Below are positions 10,067 through 19,581 of a DNA stretch of 64,000 nucleotides, in pieces (within the stretch, counting starts at the first letter, position 1; every line of letters starts with the position of its first letter). The notes under the pieces are model-generated. The model did no database searches, was not told the origin of the DNA, and saw nothing but the letters and a program-made list of their open reading frames with translations. Origin of the DNA: an uncultured virus (IMG/VR IMGVR_UViG_3300028422_001054) (taxonomy: Duplodnaviria > Heunggongvirae > Uroviricota > Caudoviricetes); IMG/VR virus record IMGVR_UViG_3300028422_001054; one strand, written 5' to 3'. The translations under genes were made by a program, and so were the position numbers.

Positions 10067-10414
10067 TAACAGCTAAATAAGTAGTACAAAGGAGAATATA
10101 TGAAGCAAATAAAGTTTAATTCATTTTACACAGGATTTATGTTTGGAATATTTTTTGAGTTCATAATAATATATGTTGTAATACTCTAGTAGATAGGAGA
10201 TAAGAAAAGATGAAAATGGATGATATAAGTTTCAATGTAAGTATAATAGATGATAATGGTATAGAAACAAAGCTAGGACATACTTTAGTATCAACATTGA
10301 AAATGAACAAACCTGCTAAGATATACACTGTGTAAAATGTCATGGATATGACGGTAAACATCATTAAAATTGTATAACTTCAAAAGCAGAGAAATACATA
10401 AAGGAGAATGAATA

Positions 10415-10822
10415 ATGGAAGATATAAAAAGATATATAATAGAAGGTGTCTACTCTTTGATAGAGTCAGACGAGATAGAGACAACATATCTTAAATATTC
10501 AGATCATACAGCAGTAGTAGAGAGTAAAGATAAAATGATAAGTAATTATCTGAAAAATCTTAAAGAAGATAATGAGAAGTTTAAAGAATTATATTCTATT
10601 ATTGAGGCAATGCAGAATATCGAGCGTGTTTTTTATTGTAGTGAATGTGATAATTTCTACAAGGGGCATCTAAAGCCAAACTCATATATGGAATGTGATT
10701 GTGGAGAACATGCTAAAGAGTTATCGGCTGTAGATTTGTTGAAAGTTAATTTGACAATGCAGAAAAAGATAGATGAGTTAGAGAAATCTGTTAGAGACAT
10801 CTTTAAATCAAATAGAAGATGA
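10415..10822 (+). CDS. coiled-coil protein with zinc ribbon
   Basis: CSEC...CDCG; AAGGAG RBS. Confidence 0.7.
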   Translation: MEDIKRYIIEGVYSLIESDEIETTYLKYSDHTAVVESKDKMISNYLKNLKEDNEKFKELYSIIEAMQNIERVFYCSECDNFYKGHLKPNSYMECDCGEHAKELSAVDLLKVNLTMQKKIDELEKSVRDIFKSNRR

Positions 10823-11087
10823 ATGTAAAAGCTATTTAAGATCTGGTGCAAAGAAGGTTAAATAGAGGAAGTGTGTGGATAAAGAGTGTAACAGAGTACG
10901 TGGCATTATTTGGGAGTGTTTGTTGTAAACCTATTATTGGTGTTGTTTGGTCTTTTCGCACCAGTGGGAGTAATGTTATTTATTTCAATGCATGTAGGTG
11001 TTGCAGCAATAATTATTTTACCTATATTTATATGTTTAGGCATAGAATTACTTTGGTTGATAATAAAAATTATAGAGAGGTTAATTG

Positions 11088-11542
11088 GTGAATAAAAGTT
11101 TAATGTTTAGTAGTAAAGAAGAAAAATGGCAAACGCCAGATAATGTATTTAATGAATTAAATGAAGAGTTTAATTTTACATTGGATCCTTGTTGCCAGCA
11201 TGATAGTGCAAAATGTGATAAATATTATACGCCTGTAGAAGATGGCTTAAGTCAATCATGGGCAAATGAAACGGTCTTTGTAAATCCTCCTTATGGTAGA
11301 GAATTAAAAAGTGGGTTAAAAAATCACATAATGAAGCTATTTACAATAAAGCCACAGTGGTTATGCTAATACCAGCAAGGACAGATACAAGCTATTTTCA
11401 TGATTATATTTATAATAAGTTTGAAGTTCGATTTATTAGAGGTAGAATTAAGTTTGTAGATCCAGCTACAAAAAAGCAAGGGGATTCTGCTCTATTCCCT
11501 ACAATGATCGTAGTCATGAAGCATAACAGTAAAAGGGATTAA
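11088..11542 (+). pseudogene. phage DNA N6-adenine methyltransferase (Dam-type), frameshifted
   Basis: W-x-TP, FTLDPC, VFVNPPYG in one frame and VMLIPARTDT, RFIRGRIKF in the next; one extra A at 11306-11310 restores a single ORF. Confidence 0.85.
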
Positions 11543-11584
11543 ATAGATGAAGTGTGTAAAGGTAAATTATTATAAGGATAACAA

Positions 11585-12004
11585 ATGGAAAATATAGAAA
11601 CAGCAATAGACTTAGCTCTTGTGCCATCAACGCTAACAATATCACTTGAAGGCGAGAAACTTATTGAAATCCTACATGATGGCACCGTTAAAACGTACAA
11701 AGAAGGTTGTGAACAAGAAGCAAGTAAGATATTTTATGAATCTTTACAATTTGAAGGCCAAACATTATATCAAAAAATAAGCTCCTTAAATAAGAAGATA
11801 GAAGAACTCGAGAAGCTAAAAGCAGAGTCTATAGTAAGGTTTAAGAATGACTGTGTTTCAATCTTTGTACATAAATATGGTTTGGACATAGACGATATGA
11901 AAAAGCATATGAATTGTCTTACAGATGAAGAATATTTCGATTATATGGTTGGGGAAACTTCGACGGAAGATTATGTTGATGAAGATATTTTAAGCTGGGA
12001 TTGA
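11585..12004 (+). CDS. hypothetical protein
   Basis: 139-aa ORF with RBS. Confidence 0.65.
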   Translation: MENIETAIDLALVPSTLTISLEGEKLIEILHDGTVKTYKEGCEQEASKIFYESLQFEGQTLYQKISSLNKKIEELEKLKAESIVRFKNDCVSIFVHKYGLDIDDMKKHMNCLTDEEYFDYMVGETSTEDYVDEDILSWD

Positions 12005-12026
12005 TAGCAAAGGGGGGATTAAATAG

Positions 12027-12305
12027 ATGAAGTGTATAGAAATCAGACTAAAAGTATTGGGTTTAGATAATATGGCTAATATGGAGACAGAATTAACTTT
12101 TCCTGACACTATAACGGAAGATCAAGCAATAAATCTTCTGAAAGCTTTTGTAGAGCCTGTCGAATCAATAAAAGAAGTATGTGCGTGGGATAACTTGCCA
12201 AACGGAGAAAGTACTACGCAATGTGGTAATCTCAGTGTATTTATTGATGATGATTTTAGATATTGCCCTTACTGTGGTAAACCAATAAGGATTAAAGGAG
12301 AGTAG
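12027..12305 (+). CDS. zinc-ribbon protein
   Basis: YCPYCGKP motif. Confidence 0.7.
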   Translation: MKCIEIRLKVLGLDNMANMETELTFPDTITEDQAINLLKAFVEPVESIKEVCAWDNLPNGESTTQCGNLSVFIDDDFRYCPYCGKPIRIKGE

Positions 12306-12310
12306 AGAAT

Positions 12311-12616
12311 ATGTTTAATAATATGAAAGTGGGGTCATGCTATTGCACAAGATGTGGAAGAGAAGTATATGATCATTATTGTAATAACTGTGAACCTCAT
12401 ACAAATATCAAACAACTAACTATAGAAGAACTACGAAAACAATTTGAACGTGAAACGATAATTCCAAAAGAGATTTATTGGGATGGCGAAGATTATATGT
12501 ATTATGGACATGATAGAGATTTAAACATAATGTTAGATGAAATCAGGGTTAGATGGTACGGTTGGAAATGTTGTGCAAAAACCAACAATCTCTTAAATAC
12601 TAATTATGAGGTATAA
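12311..12616 (+). CDS. zinc-finger hypothetical protein
   Basis: CTRCG and CNNC; C-terminal domain shared with 7466-7777. Confidence 0.65.
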   Translation: MFNNMKVGSCYCTRCGREVYDHYCNNCEPHTNIKQLTIEELRKQFERETIIPKEIYWDGEDYMYYGHDRDLNIMLDEIRVRWYGWKCCAKTNNLLNTNYEV

Positions 12617-12684
12617 TAGAACTTCGATGAAATGGATTTTTAGTGTATTGCGGTAAGCTAGTAAAAGTTAAGTAAGGGAATGAG

Positions 12685-12942
12685 ATGAACGAAAGTAATT
12701 GTTTAGAATGTAAAACGTATATTGAATCGGAGCCATACAATGAGTGTAATAAATGTCTCAACAATAGTCATTTTATCAAGGATGTTGAACCGGTAGAAGA
12801 AGTTTGTGAGTATACCTATACGAATAAAAATCAGGTTGCATTAAAAGGATGTATCGATGTATGGGATGATACTTTTATTGTTCATCGTTGGAAGTATTGT
12901 CCTTATTGTGGTAAACCAAGGAAGATTAGAAATTGGGAATGA
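12685..12942 (+). CDS. zinc-ribbon protein
   Basis: CLEC, CNKC, YCPYCGKP. Confidence 0.7.
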   Translation: MNESNCLECKTYIESEPYNECNKCLNNSHFIKDVEPVEEVCEYTYTNKNQVALKGCIDVWDDTFIVHRWKYCPYCGKPRKIRNWE

Positions 12943-13157
12943 ATATTCTAAAAAAATTAAAAGAACTCCTATTTGTGTGCGACCATGACTATAGACAACA
13001 AGGATTAACCCGTATAGGTATGGATATTTATCCAGAATATCTAGAGCATAAATGCTCTAAATGTGGGAACAAGGTAATGAAAAGAAATAAATATATGCCC
13101 TGCTGAGGTAGAGAAAAGCCAGTAAATAGTGTGTGCAAATATTGTGGTAGGAAATAA
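12939..13157 (+). pseudogene. Cys-rich zinc-binding protein with in-frame TGA
   Basis: TGA at 13104 aligns with Cys (TGC) of paralog 9537-9776. Confidence 0.65.
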
Positions 13158-13190
13158 AAAGAGTAAAACAATTATTGAGAGAGGTTTAAT

Positions 13191-13709
13191 ATGGCAATAG
13201 AATATGCTGCAAAATATAAAGATTTTTTAAAAAGCTTTTTAACAGATTTTAATACGCAAGAGTACTTGAAGTTTTTCAACGCTAGGTCTTATGCTTCAAG
13301 CTTTGAATTAGATAGTTCTTCGGACTGGAATACTATATCTGTAGTATCTACTACAGGTAATAAAGTAAACGCCTTATTTAGTGCGGATGTTAATAGAGAT
13401 TCTAATATAATAGCAGGTTTTCAAATTGTAGCGATCCGATATGGGGAAGTAACACCGAATATTAGTACCAGTGTTAAAGATTGTTTCGAGTTTATAGATT
13501 TTTTACTTAATGTAAAAAAGTTTAGAAAAATATGTTTTGCGTGTTATGTAGGAAATCCTGCGGAAACTATTTATGATAGGATTATTAAAAAATATAATGG
13601 TCGAATTGTTGGAACTCAGTTACAGCATAACAAACTCTATGACGGTAAGTACTATGACTTAAAACTTTATGAAATATTTCCAGATAAGGAATATTCAAAG
13701 CATATCTAA
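13191..13709 (+). CDS. GNAT-family (RimJ/RimL-like) acetyltransferase
   Basis: C-terminal N-P-A...Y...G-R-I-V-G...DGKYYDLKLYEI pattern. Confidence 0.6.
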   Translation: MAIEYAAKYKDFLKSFLTDFNTQEYLKFFNARSYASSFELDSSSDWNTISVVSTTGNKVNALFSADVNRDSNIIAGFQIVAIRYGEVTPNISTSVKDCFEFIDFLLNVKKFRKICFACYVGNPAETIYDRIIKKYNGRIVGTQLQHNKLYDGKYYDLKLYEIFPDKEYSKHI

Positions 13710-13714
13710 GTAAT

Positions 13715-13746
13715 AAAAAACCCTCTTAATCGAGGGTTTTATTTTT
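13715..13746. terminator. intrinsic terminator
   Basis: AAAACCCTC-TTAATC-GAGGGTTTT followed by T-rich tract; convergent genes. Confidence 0.75.
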
Positions 13747-13939
13747 AATGTATAACTTTATTAAGGTCTTGCTGTTAATCCGTAATTATACTCAGCTAAG
13801 ATTAAATCAATCTCTTTGTTAACTTCTTTAGGACCAATCTCAAGATGCCCTTTATCAACCAACCGTTTATAGGCAATTTTTCTTAAAGTTAGTAACAACT
13901 GTACGATATACATCGTAGCCTCCTTTCTAGTGTAATAAA

Positions 13940-14128
13940 TTAGTCTAACAATAATTTCAAACCAGCTACTAAACTTCCAGTTATAGCAATAGTTATTCCA
14001 TACGCTAGTAAGGTGCTTTTTACCCCTGCTATTTTAACAAAATAATATGTTATGACATTAAACAATATTAGTAATATAATAACTCCAAACATCTTTTTCA
14101 TTAATTTCTCCTTATTTACTCTTCCCAA
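13940..14128 (-). CDS. small membrane protein
   Basis: two hydrophobic segments; start may be internal. Confidence 0.55.
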   Translation of the reverse strand: MGRVNKEKLMKKMFGVIILLILFNVITYYFVKIAGVKSTLLAYGITIAITGSLVAGLKLLLD

Positions 14129-14309
14129 TTATACCCAACAACATATTTAGGTATATCAAAATCATTAATCCTGATGTCTTCCACTCTTTTGGTACCATAG
14201 CAGTCAACCATAACTTTTATTAACCACTGCCCATTAGGAAGTTCAAACGCATCCTCCAGGATTTCTACTATTGTAACTTTCACTTTATTCATAAATTTCT
14301 ATGTCCTCT

Positions 14310-14720
14310 TTACATAATAAGTAAATCTAAAAAACTTTTAGCTGCTTTATTTGCTAATTTATGTAACTCTTCATACTTAATATTCAGCGTATTATTATCA
14401 ATAAAAGCCATCGCAATATTAGATTGCCATCCCATGTAATAATCAGCGTCTTCTTTTAAATGCTTCCGTAGCATATCTATACTCTTATGAAGAGGTGTTT
14501 TTACTTCATCATCCTCTAGCACTGGAGTAACGTTATCAAACGTTACTTGTATTGTTGAAGGTGCTGTGGGATTACAGTCTTTACAATGATTAACTAATTC
14601 AAAATGTTTGTCCTCTTTGCAAATACGACAATCACATTGTACATCATAATAAAAATACGTTCTTTTTAAGCGTGCAGATTTACCGCAACAATCACATTTA
14701 CCATACATTACCTCGTCCAT
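14310..14720 (-). CDS. Cys-rich hypothetical protein
   Basis: AAGGAG RBS; CDCC, CDC, CKDC; C-terminal WQSNIAMAF motif. Confidence 0.7.
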   Translation of the reverse strand: MDEVMYGKCDCCGKSARLKRTYFYYDVQCDCRICKEDKHFELVNHCKDCNPTAPSTIQVTFDNVTPVLEDDEVKTPLHKSIDMLRKHLKEDADYYMGWQSNIAMAFIDNNTLNIKYEELHKLANKAAKSFLDLLIM

Positions 14721-14731
14721 GAAAATCTCCT

Positions 14732-15172
14732 TTATTTAACCTTCCTATAAAATATTGTTATCCCGTTTAAATGATCGAACTCATGTTGGAATACTTTAGC
14801 ATCTAAACCTCTTAAACGATACAAGACATTCTCACCTTTACAGTTAGTAAAGCTTACTTGAATAGTAACAGGCCTCATAATGTTAACAAATCCATAGGTA
14901 GCCGAAGGGTATGTTAAACATCCTTCTTTCATAGCTTTCTTTTGTTTGCTTGTAAAAACTATTGAAGGGTTATATACACTTATGACTTCACCTTGATATT
15001 TCATAATGAAAAACTTTTGGTTTATTCCTACCTGTGGGGCAGCTAACCCAATACCATCTTTCATAACTTCAATCATCTTAGGTATAATCTCTTTTTCAAT
15101 TGTAGTTATCTCGCTATTAAGAACACTTCTGCATTCACAACCTTCTACGAATTCTTTATCAACTAATTTCAT
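14732..15172 (-). CDS. def: peptide deformylase
   Basis: GIGLAAPQVG, EGCL, QHEFDHL motifs; AAGGAG RBS before ATG at 15172. Confidence 0.93.
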   Translation of the reverse strand: MKLVDKEFVEGCECRSVLNSEITTIEKEIIPKMIEVMKDGIGLAAPQVGINQKFFIMKYQGEVISVYNPSIVFTSKQKKAMKEGCLTYPSATYGFVNIMRPVTIQVSFTNCKGENVLYRLRGLDAKVFQHEFDHLNGITIFYRKVK

Positions 15173-15483
15173 CGTAATCTCCTTGCTTAGATACATTACC
15201 TTGAAATAGGCCATAAAGTCAACTAAGTTAAATTAAAAGCGTATTGTACTTTTAAAAATATTATGCTATCCTATCTAAATAAAGGAAATGATACAATATG
15301 AAACATAAAGAGTCTGAAGGTCACAAACGTCAGGTAATAGGAAATAAAGTTTGGGTTTGTGATTACAGGTTTAAGAGACCTAGTATTTTCCCCTAGGACA
15401 AGATAGATATTGAAAAACTACAAAAAGAGCATAGTGAACAGAGAATATTAAATGACATTAGGTCTAAAAATTAAGGAGACAAT

Positions 15484-15711
15484 ATGTATAAGACAGAAAT
15501 TGATTTAGTAAACAGTGTTATGAGTGGTTCTGGAGTCTGGAGCCATAAGCAAACAGCCTGGTACAAACTAAAAGCTTTTATAGAAGAACATGCCAAAGAT
15601 AACTTGGTAAAATTACCTACCCCTGAGCAATTATACGAAAAGGTTAGAACCAGAGTAACTTATGAAGATGTTGAGGTTATTCTTAAATTGCTTAAAACAG
15701 GTGATTTTTAG
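15484..15711 (+). CDS. hypothetical protein
   Basis: AAGGAG RBS. Confidence 0.65.
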   Translation: MYKTEIDLVNSVMSGSGVWSHKQTAWYKLKAFIEEHAKDNLVKLPTPEQLYEKVRTRVTYEDVEVILKLLKTGDF

Positions 15712-15749
15712 ATACATGCTTAACTTTTAATTTCAAGCATGTATCTAAA
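15707..15749. terminator. inverted repeat between convergent genes
   Basis: 15-bp perfect arms TTTAGATACATGCTT / AAGCATGTATCTAAA. Confidence 0.6.
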
Positions 15750-15757
15750 CGTAGATA

Positions 15758-16744
15758 TTAACAACGACTAGAAGAACTACTCCCTCCACAAGAATTACGA
15801 GAGGGTATCCTATGTATTTCGCAACCAGAATATCCAGAGACATTACTAGATAAATTAGTATTGGATCTCTGCTCTATCATAGGTGAGCTGTACTTCTTAA
15901 GAATAGCGTTTAACGTCTTCTCAGAAGGAGAGGATTTTATTGGACTCATAGGTCTCTTTCCAGTCCAATCAAGATAGCATATTCCATCCGGTTGAAACAC
16001 AACTTCAAAGACCTCATCCGAAGGAATAATATCAGTAGGTTCTAGTAAAGAGCTCTTCCAGTATACCTTAGTACCAAGAATCCTCTGAAGAGTAGTTCGA
16101 CATACCGGACAAGACCCCTCCCACAATACCCTATAATCATTGAAAGTTAGTTCTACTGGAGTTTTGTCAAGAGTACCATTCTCTTTACGAAACCTTACTG
16201 CTTCAAAACCCATATTCCTAGCCCATGCGATATAAGCCTCTATAAACTCTCTAGAAGTCAAGTCAGTTATTACACAATTAACACTAATATCAATACCTCG
16301 TTTTCCATACTCATCTATGATTACAGATAGCTTACTATCCGGTAAATCATAAGTACCTTTAAAAATGCTCTTGTTCTTTGATTCATCATAATGATGTCTA
16401 CTAATGTTAATATGGTCTACTGCTACAGAGACTTGATCTATCTTCTCAAGCAATCCTGTTCCATTTGTTGTTAATAGAATATTAGTATACTTATCTCTAA
16501 AATCCGGTAGTATCTCAAATACCAAATCGAAGTAAGGTGAAAGCAAAGGCTCTCCTCCAGTTATAGATATTTGATAAAACTTCTTATCTAAATTAGTTAA
16601 AGTTTCTATTAGATTAGAGATATAAGCCGTTTTTCTAAGTGTAGGAAACTCTACATCCTTAGTATTAAAACAAAAGTCACAGGAAGCATTACAGCCTCCT
16701 GGCATCACTATTGAAAAGTTTGGGTCATTATTCGTTGTCTTCAT
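15758..16744 (-). CDS. radical SAM enzyme
   Basis: CNASCDFC (CxxxCxxC), ITGGEP, TTNG motifs. Confidence 0.9.
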   Translation of the reverse strand: MKTTNNDPNFSIVMPGGCNASCDFCFNTKDVEFPTLRKTAYISNLIETLTNLDKKFYQISITGGEPLLSPYFDLVFEILPDFRDKYTNILLTTNGTGLLEKIDQVSVAVDHINISRHHYDESKNKSIFKGTYDLPDSKLSVIIDEYGKRGIDISVNCVITDLTSREFIEAYIAWARNMGFEAVRFRKENGTLDKTPVELTFNDYRVLWEGSCPVCRTTLQRILGTKVYWKSSLLEPTDIIPSDEVFEVVFQPDGICYLDWTGKRPMSPIKSSPSEKTLNAILKKYSSPMIEQRSNTNLSSNVSGYSGCEIHRIPSRNSCGGSSSSSRC

Positions 16745-16767
16745 TTATTTAGGGCCTCCTAGCCTTA

Positions 16768-17895
16768 CTATGCTTTAAAATTATATAAAGGTCGTACTCT
16801 ATAAAGTATCTCTACAGAATCTTCCATATACCTTTCTACTGAGAGATAATCTTTGTATGCAGCAGGAGCCTCATCAAGAGTAGACTCTGAAATACAACTA
16901 GAATACACACTTTCCATAGACTGTTTAAAAGTTTCTAAATCTAATAACTCTTTGGCCCTCGTCCGAGACATTGTTCTACCTGCACCATAAGGAGCTGAAA
17001 AGTTCCAGTCAGGATTACCTTTACCCCTTCCGATAATAAGACCATCTCTCATATTCCAAGGAATTACTACAAGCTCTCCCAAATTTGCTGATATCGCACC
17101 CTTACGGATAATCCCAAAGTCAAAATCTATATAATTATGAATAGACTCTACGGTATCTAGAATATCACAATGTAAAAAACTAACAATCTTATCCATGATT
17201 ATTCTCCGGTTTAACGATGCATACTCTTGAGCTACTTTCATATGACCTATATACCTATTAGCAGAATTACCTGTTAAGTATTCCATCCCTTTAGGAATTT
17301 CTTCCATAGAAAGCTTTTGTTCTAATTTAAAAGACTCTCTATCCTTTAAAGGTATATTGGTTAAATCTATCCTAGTAGTAGAACATAAGTTCTCAGCTTC
17401 TTTCTGATGATACGTCGCTACCTGTAAACCAAAATTACGAGAACCTGAATGTATCGTTAACCAAAGATTACTCTCCTCATCTTCACCTATCTCTATAAAG
17501 TGATTCCCTCCTCCTAAGGTACCTAGCGATAATAACACCCTCTCACTAGAAAGACTTATATCTGAACAGACTGATAACAACCTCTCTTTGAAATCGTCAG
17601 GTATCTCAGGGCTACGAGTATTGACTTTAAACCCAGAAGGGATAAACTCTCTAACAAAAGTATCCAAAGACTCAAACCCTATCGCCTTCCTATCAAGCTT
17701 ACAGGATAACATCCCACAACCTATATCTACTCCTATTACAGACCCAGAACCTGCATGTATGTCTGGCATAAATCTCGTCTTACAACCTTCAAAAGCAGGG
17801 TGATTTAAAAATAGCTGTACCTGGTCTAAAGCACTAGAGGCAACATCCTCTGTAAATATCTTACAATCTGTATAAGCTCCTCTTAATTCTATCAT
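16768..17895 (-). CDS. rtcB: RtcB-family RNA ligase (atypical, possibly inactive)
   Basis: MPDIH, VDIGCG, GTLGGGNHFIE, HSGSR, HNY, RKGA, DEAP motifs; HGAGR reads YGAGR. Confidence 0.88.
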   Translation of the reverse strand: MIELRGAYTDCKIFTEDVASSALDQVQLFLNHPAFEGCKTRFMPDIHAGSGSVIGVDIGCGMLSCKLDRKAIGFESLDTFVREFIPSGFKVNTRSPEIPDDFKERLLSVCSDISLSSERVLLSLGTLGGGNHFIEIGEDEESNLWLTIHSGSRNFGLQVATYHQKEAENLCSTTRIDLTNIPLKDRESFKLEQKLSMEEIPKGMEYLTGNSANRYIGHMKVAQEYASLNRRIIMDKIVSFLHCDILDTVESIHNYIDFDFGIIRKGAISANLGELVVIPWNMRDGLIIGRGKGNPDWNFSAPYGAGRTMSRTRAKELLDLETFKQSMESVYSSCISESTLDEAPAAYKDYLSVERYMEDSVEILYRVRPLYNFKA

Positions 17896-17988
17896 CTTTA
17901 TCTCCTTATTTATTAGATAATAAGCATTATTGACTTAAAATAAAATAAAGTCAATTAAAATCAACTAAAAACCACGAAAATTCCACTT

Positions 17989-18620
17989 CAAATTTTAGCC
18001 TTCAAAATTTTTAAAACCAGTTTTAAAAAAAAGACCCCCACCCCCTCTTGCTACTTAACTCTAAGTTATGTATTCTTCTACATAAGGAGATTAAGATGAA
18101 TACAACCCTAAGAGAAATATACACACATAACCCATGTAAAGAAGGATTCGCAAGATTAAACTTCACTTTAACAGGTAATCAATGCTTTAACAGTAATAAA
18201 CCAAGTACCATGACTAAACATTTCTTTGAATTAAATATTACTAAACAATTCGCACTTCTTCCAGAAGATATAAAAGATAAAGAAATTAGTATGCTACAAA
18301 TCCTAGAATCAAATGGTATTAAAGATGCTATATGGGCTCTAAGAACACAACCTATACAACAGACTTCTCAGATCAGAGAAGAGTTACTTAAGCAGACTCT
18401 TACAGCTACAATAGCCTGTGAAAGAACTTCCCTACCTCCCGAGAAATACTCCTACCTTCTCTACCTACTAGAACGAGATCTTTTTATCTTCTCTGAAAAA
18501 GTATGTGAAGAAGAAAGAATCTCCTGGGAAGAGATTGAGAATATACTTAGAAAGCATCTTTAAGAAAACCCTCAAAATATATTCCAAATTTTAGCCCTCG
18601 AAATTTTTAAAACCAGTTTT
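17989..18620 (+). repeat. 36-bp direct repeats (17989-18024, 18585-18620) flanking one gene
   Basis: CAAATTTTAGCC(T/C)TC(A/G)AAATTTTTAAAACCAGTTTT twice. Confidence 0.85.
18096..18563 (+). CDS. hypothetical phage protein (TTL..I..H.PC..G / ILESNG..DA.W.LR family)
   Basis: AAGGAG RBS before ATG at 18096. Confidence 0.75.
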   Translation: MNTTLREIYTHNPCKEGFARLNFTLTGNQCFNSNKPSTMTKHFFELNITKQFALLPEDIKDKEISMLQILESNGIKDAIWALRTQPIQQTSQIREELLKQTLTATIACERTSLPPEKYSYLLYLLERDLFIFSEKVCEEERISWEEIENILRKHL

Positions 18621-18908
18621 TAAAACACTTAAAAAGTTTTAGCAATACAAATGTATCCCATGTAGCTAATAACAGATAAAGGACGAAGACTTTAAAAACC
18701 CATAGCAGTGTATAAAGTATATCTTCAAAGTAAGTATAACCTCTTAAGAGTAACAGGGTATGGAAGAGAAAAGATAAGAGTACTATCGGTTATCGTCTCT
18801 AAGCTCTGGGGGAATACTTCTCGACAATAGCGTAACAGGGTATCGGGGTATCAGAGAGGCTTCGGGATACAAGTAATAATTACTTTTTGTGGAGTAGGTA
18901 GTCTTTGA

Positions 18909-19150
18909 GGGTATTTGGGTATTTTTGGTATTTGGGTATCTGGGTATTCGGGGGTGAGTAGAGAGACTTCTTCGAGAGTTCTAGAGAGCTAAGGGTATTG
19001 GATGCAGGGGATTGGGTATTTGGGTATTTTTGGTGCAGGGCGTATGAGCGTAAGCTCTAAGTATCGAAATTTCGTTCTGGTTTCCAGCCTTCGATAAGTC
19101 AAAAGGACTTTCCCTTGGGGCGGTGTTGCGTATATAGGGATGGGGGGGGG
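18909..19150 (+). repeat. G-tract / GGGTAT-rich low-complexity region
   Basis: many GGGTAT(T) units and a G9 run at 19142-19150. Confidence 0.8.
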
Positions 19151-19462
19151 TTAGTGTTGCACAAAGTGAAATAACCCTGAACCAGGTTCTTAAGATTGCA
19201 ATATCAGATCATTAGTGTTGCATAAAGTGAAACAACACTGATCCAGGTTTACCAGCTTGCAATACCAAATAATTAGTGTTGCACAAAGTGAAATAACCTT
19301 GAACCAGGTTCTTAAGATCGCAATATCAGATCATTAGTGTTGCATAAAGTGAAATAACCCTGAACCAGGTTCTTAAGATTGCAATATCAAATATCAAATA
19401 ATTAGTGTTGCACAAAGTGAAATAACCCTGAACCAGGTTCTTAAGATTGCAATATCAAATAA
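19151..19462 (+). repeat. five tandem copies of a 61-bp unit
   Basis: TTAGTGTTGCA(C/T)AAAGTGAAA... begins at 19151, 19212, 19273, 19334 (68 bp) and 19402. Confidence 0.95.
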
Positions 19463-19581
19463 TTATTACTGCATAAATCGGGATAACATTTTATAGATAT
19501 CAAAAAAATACCCCATCGCTCAAAATCGAGCTATAAAGCCACGTTATGTGAAAGTTATACATTTATATTACTTTTATATAT

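Noticed and set aside
19151..19462. CRISPR array
   Set aside because: Units are near-identical along their whole length with no unique spacers, and no cas genes are present
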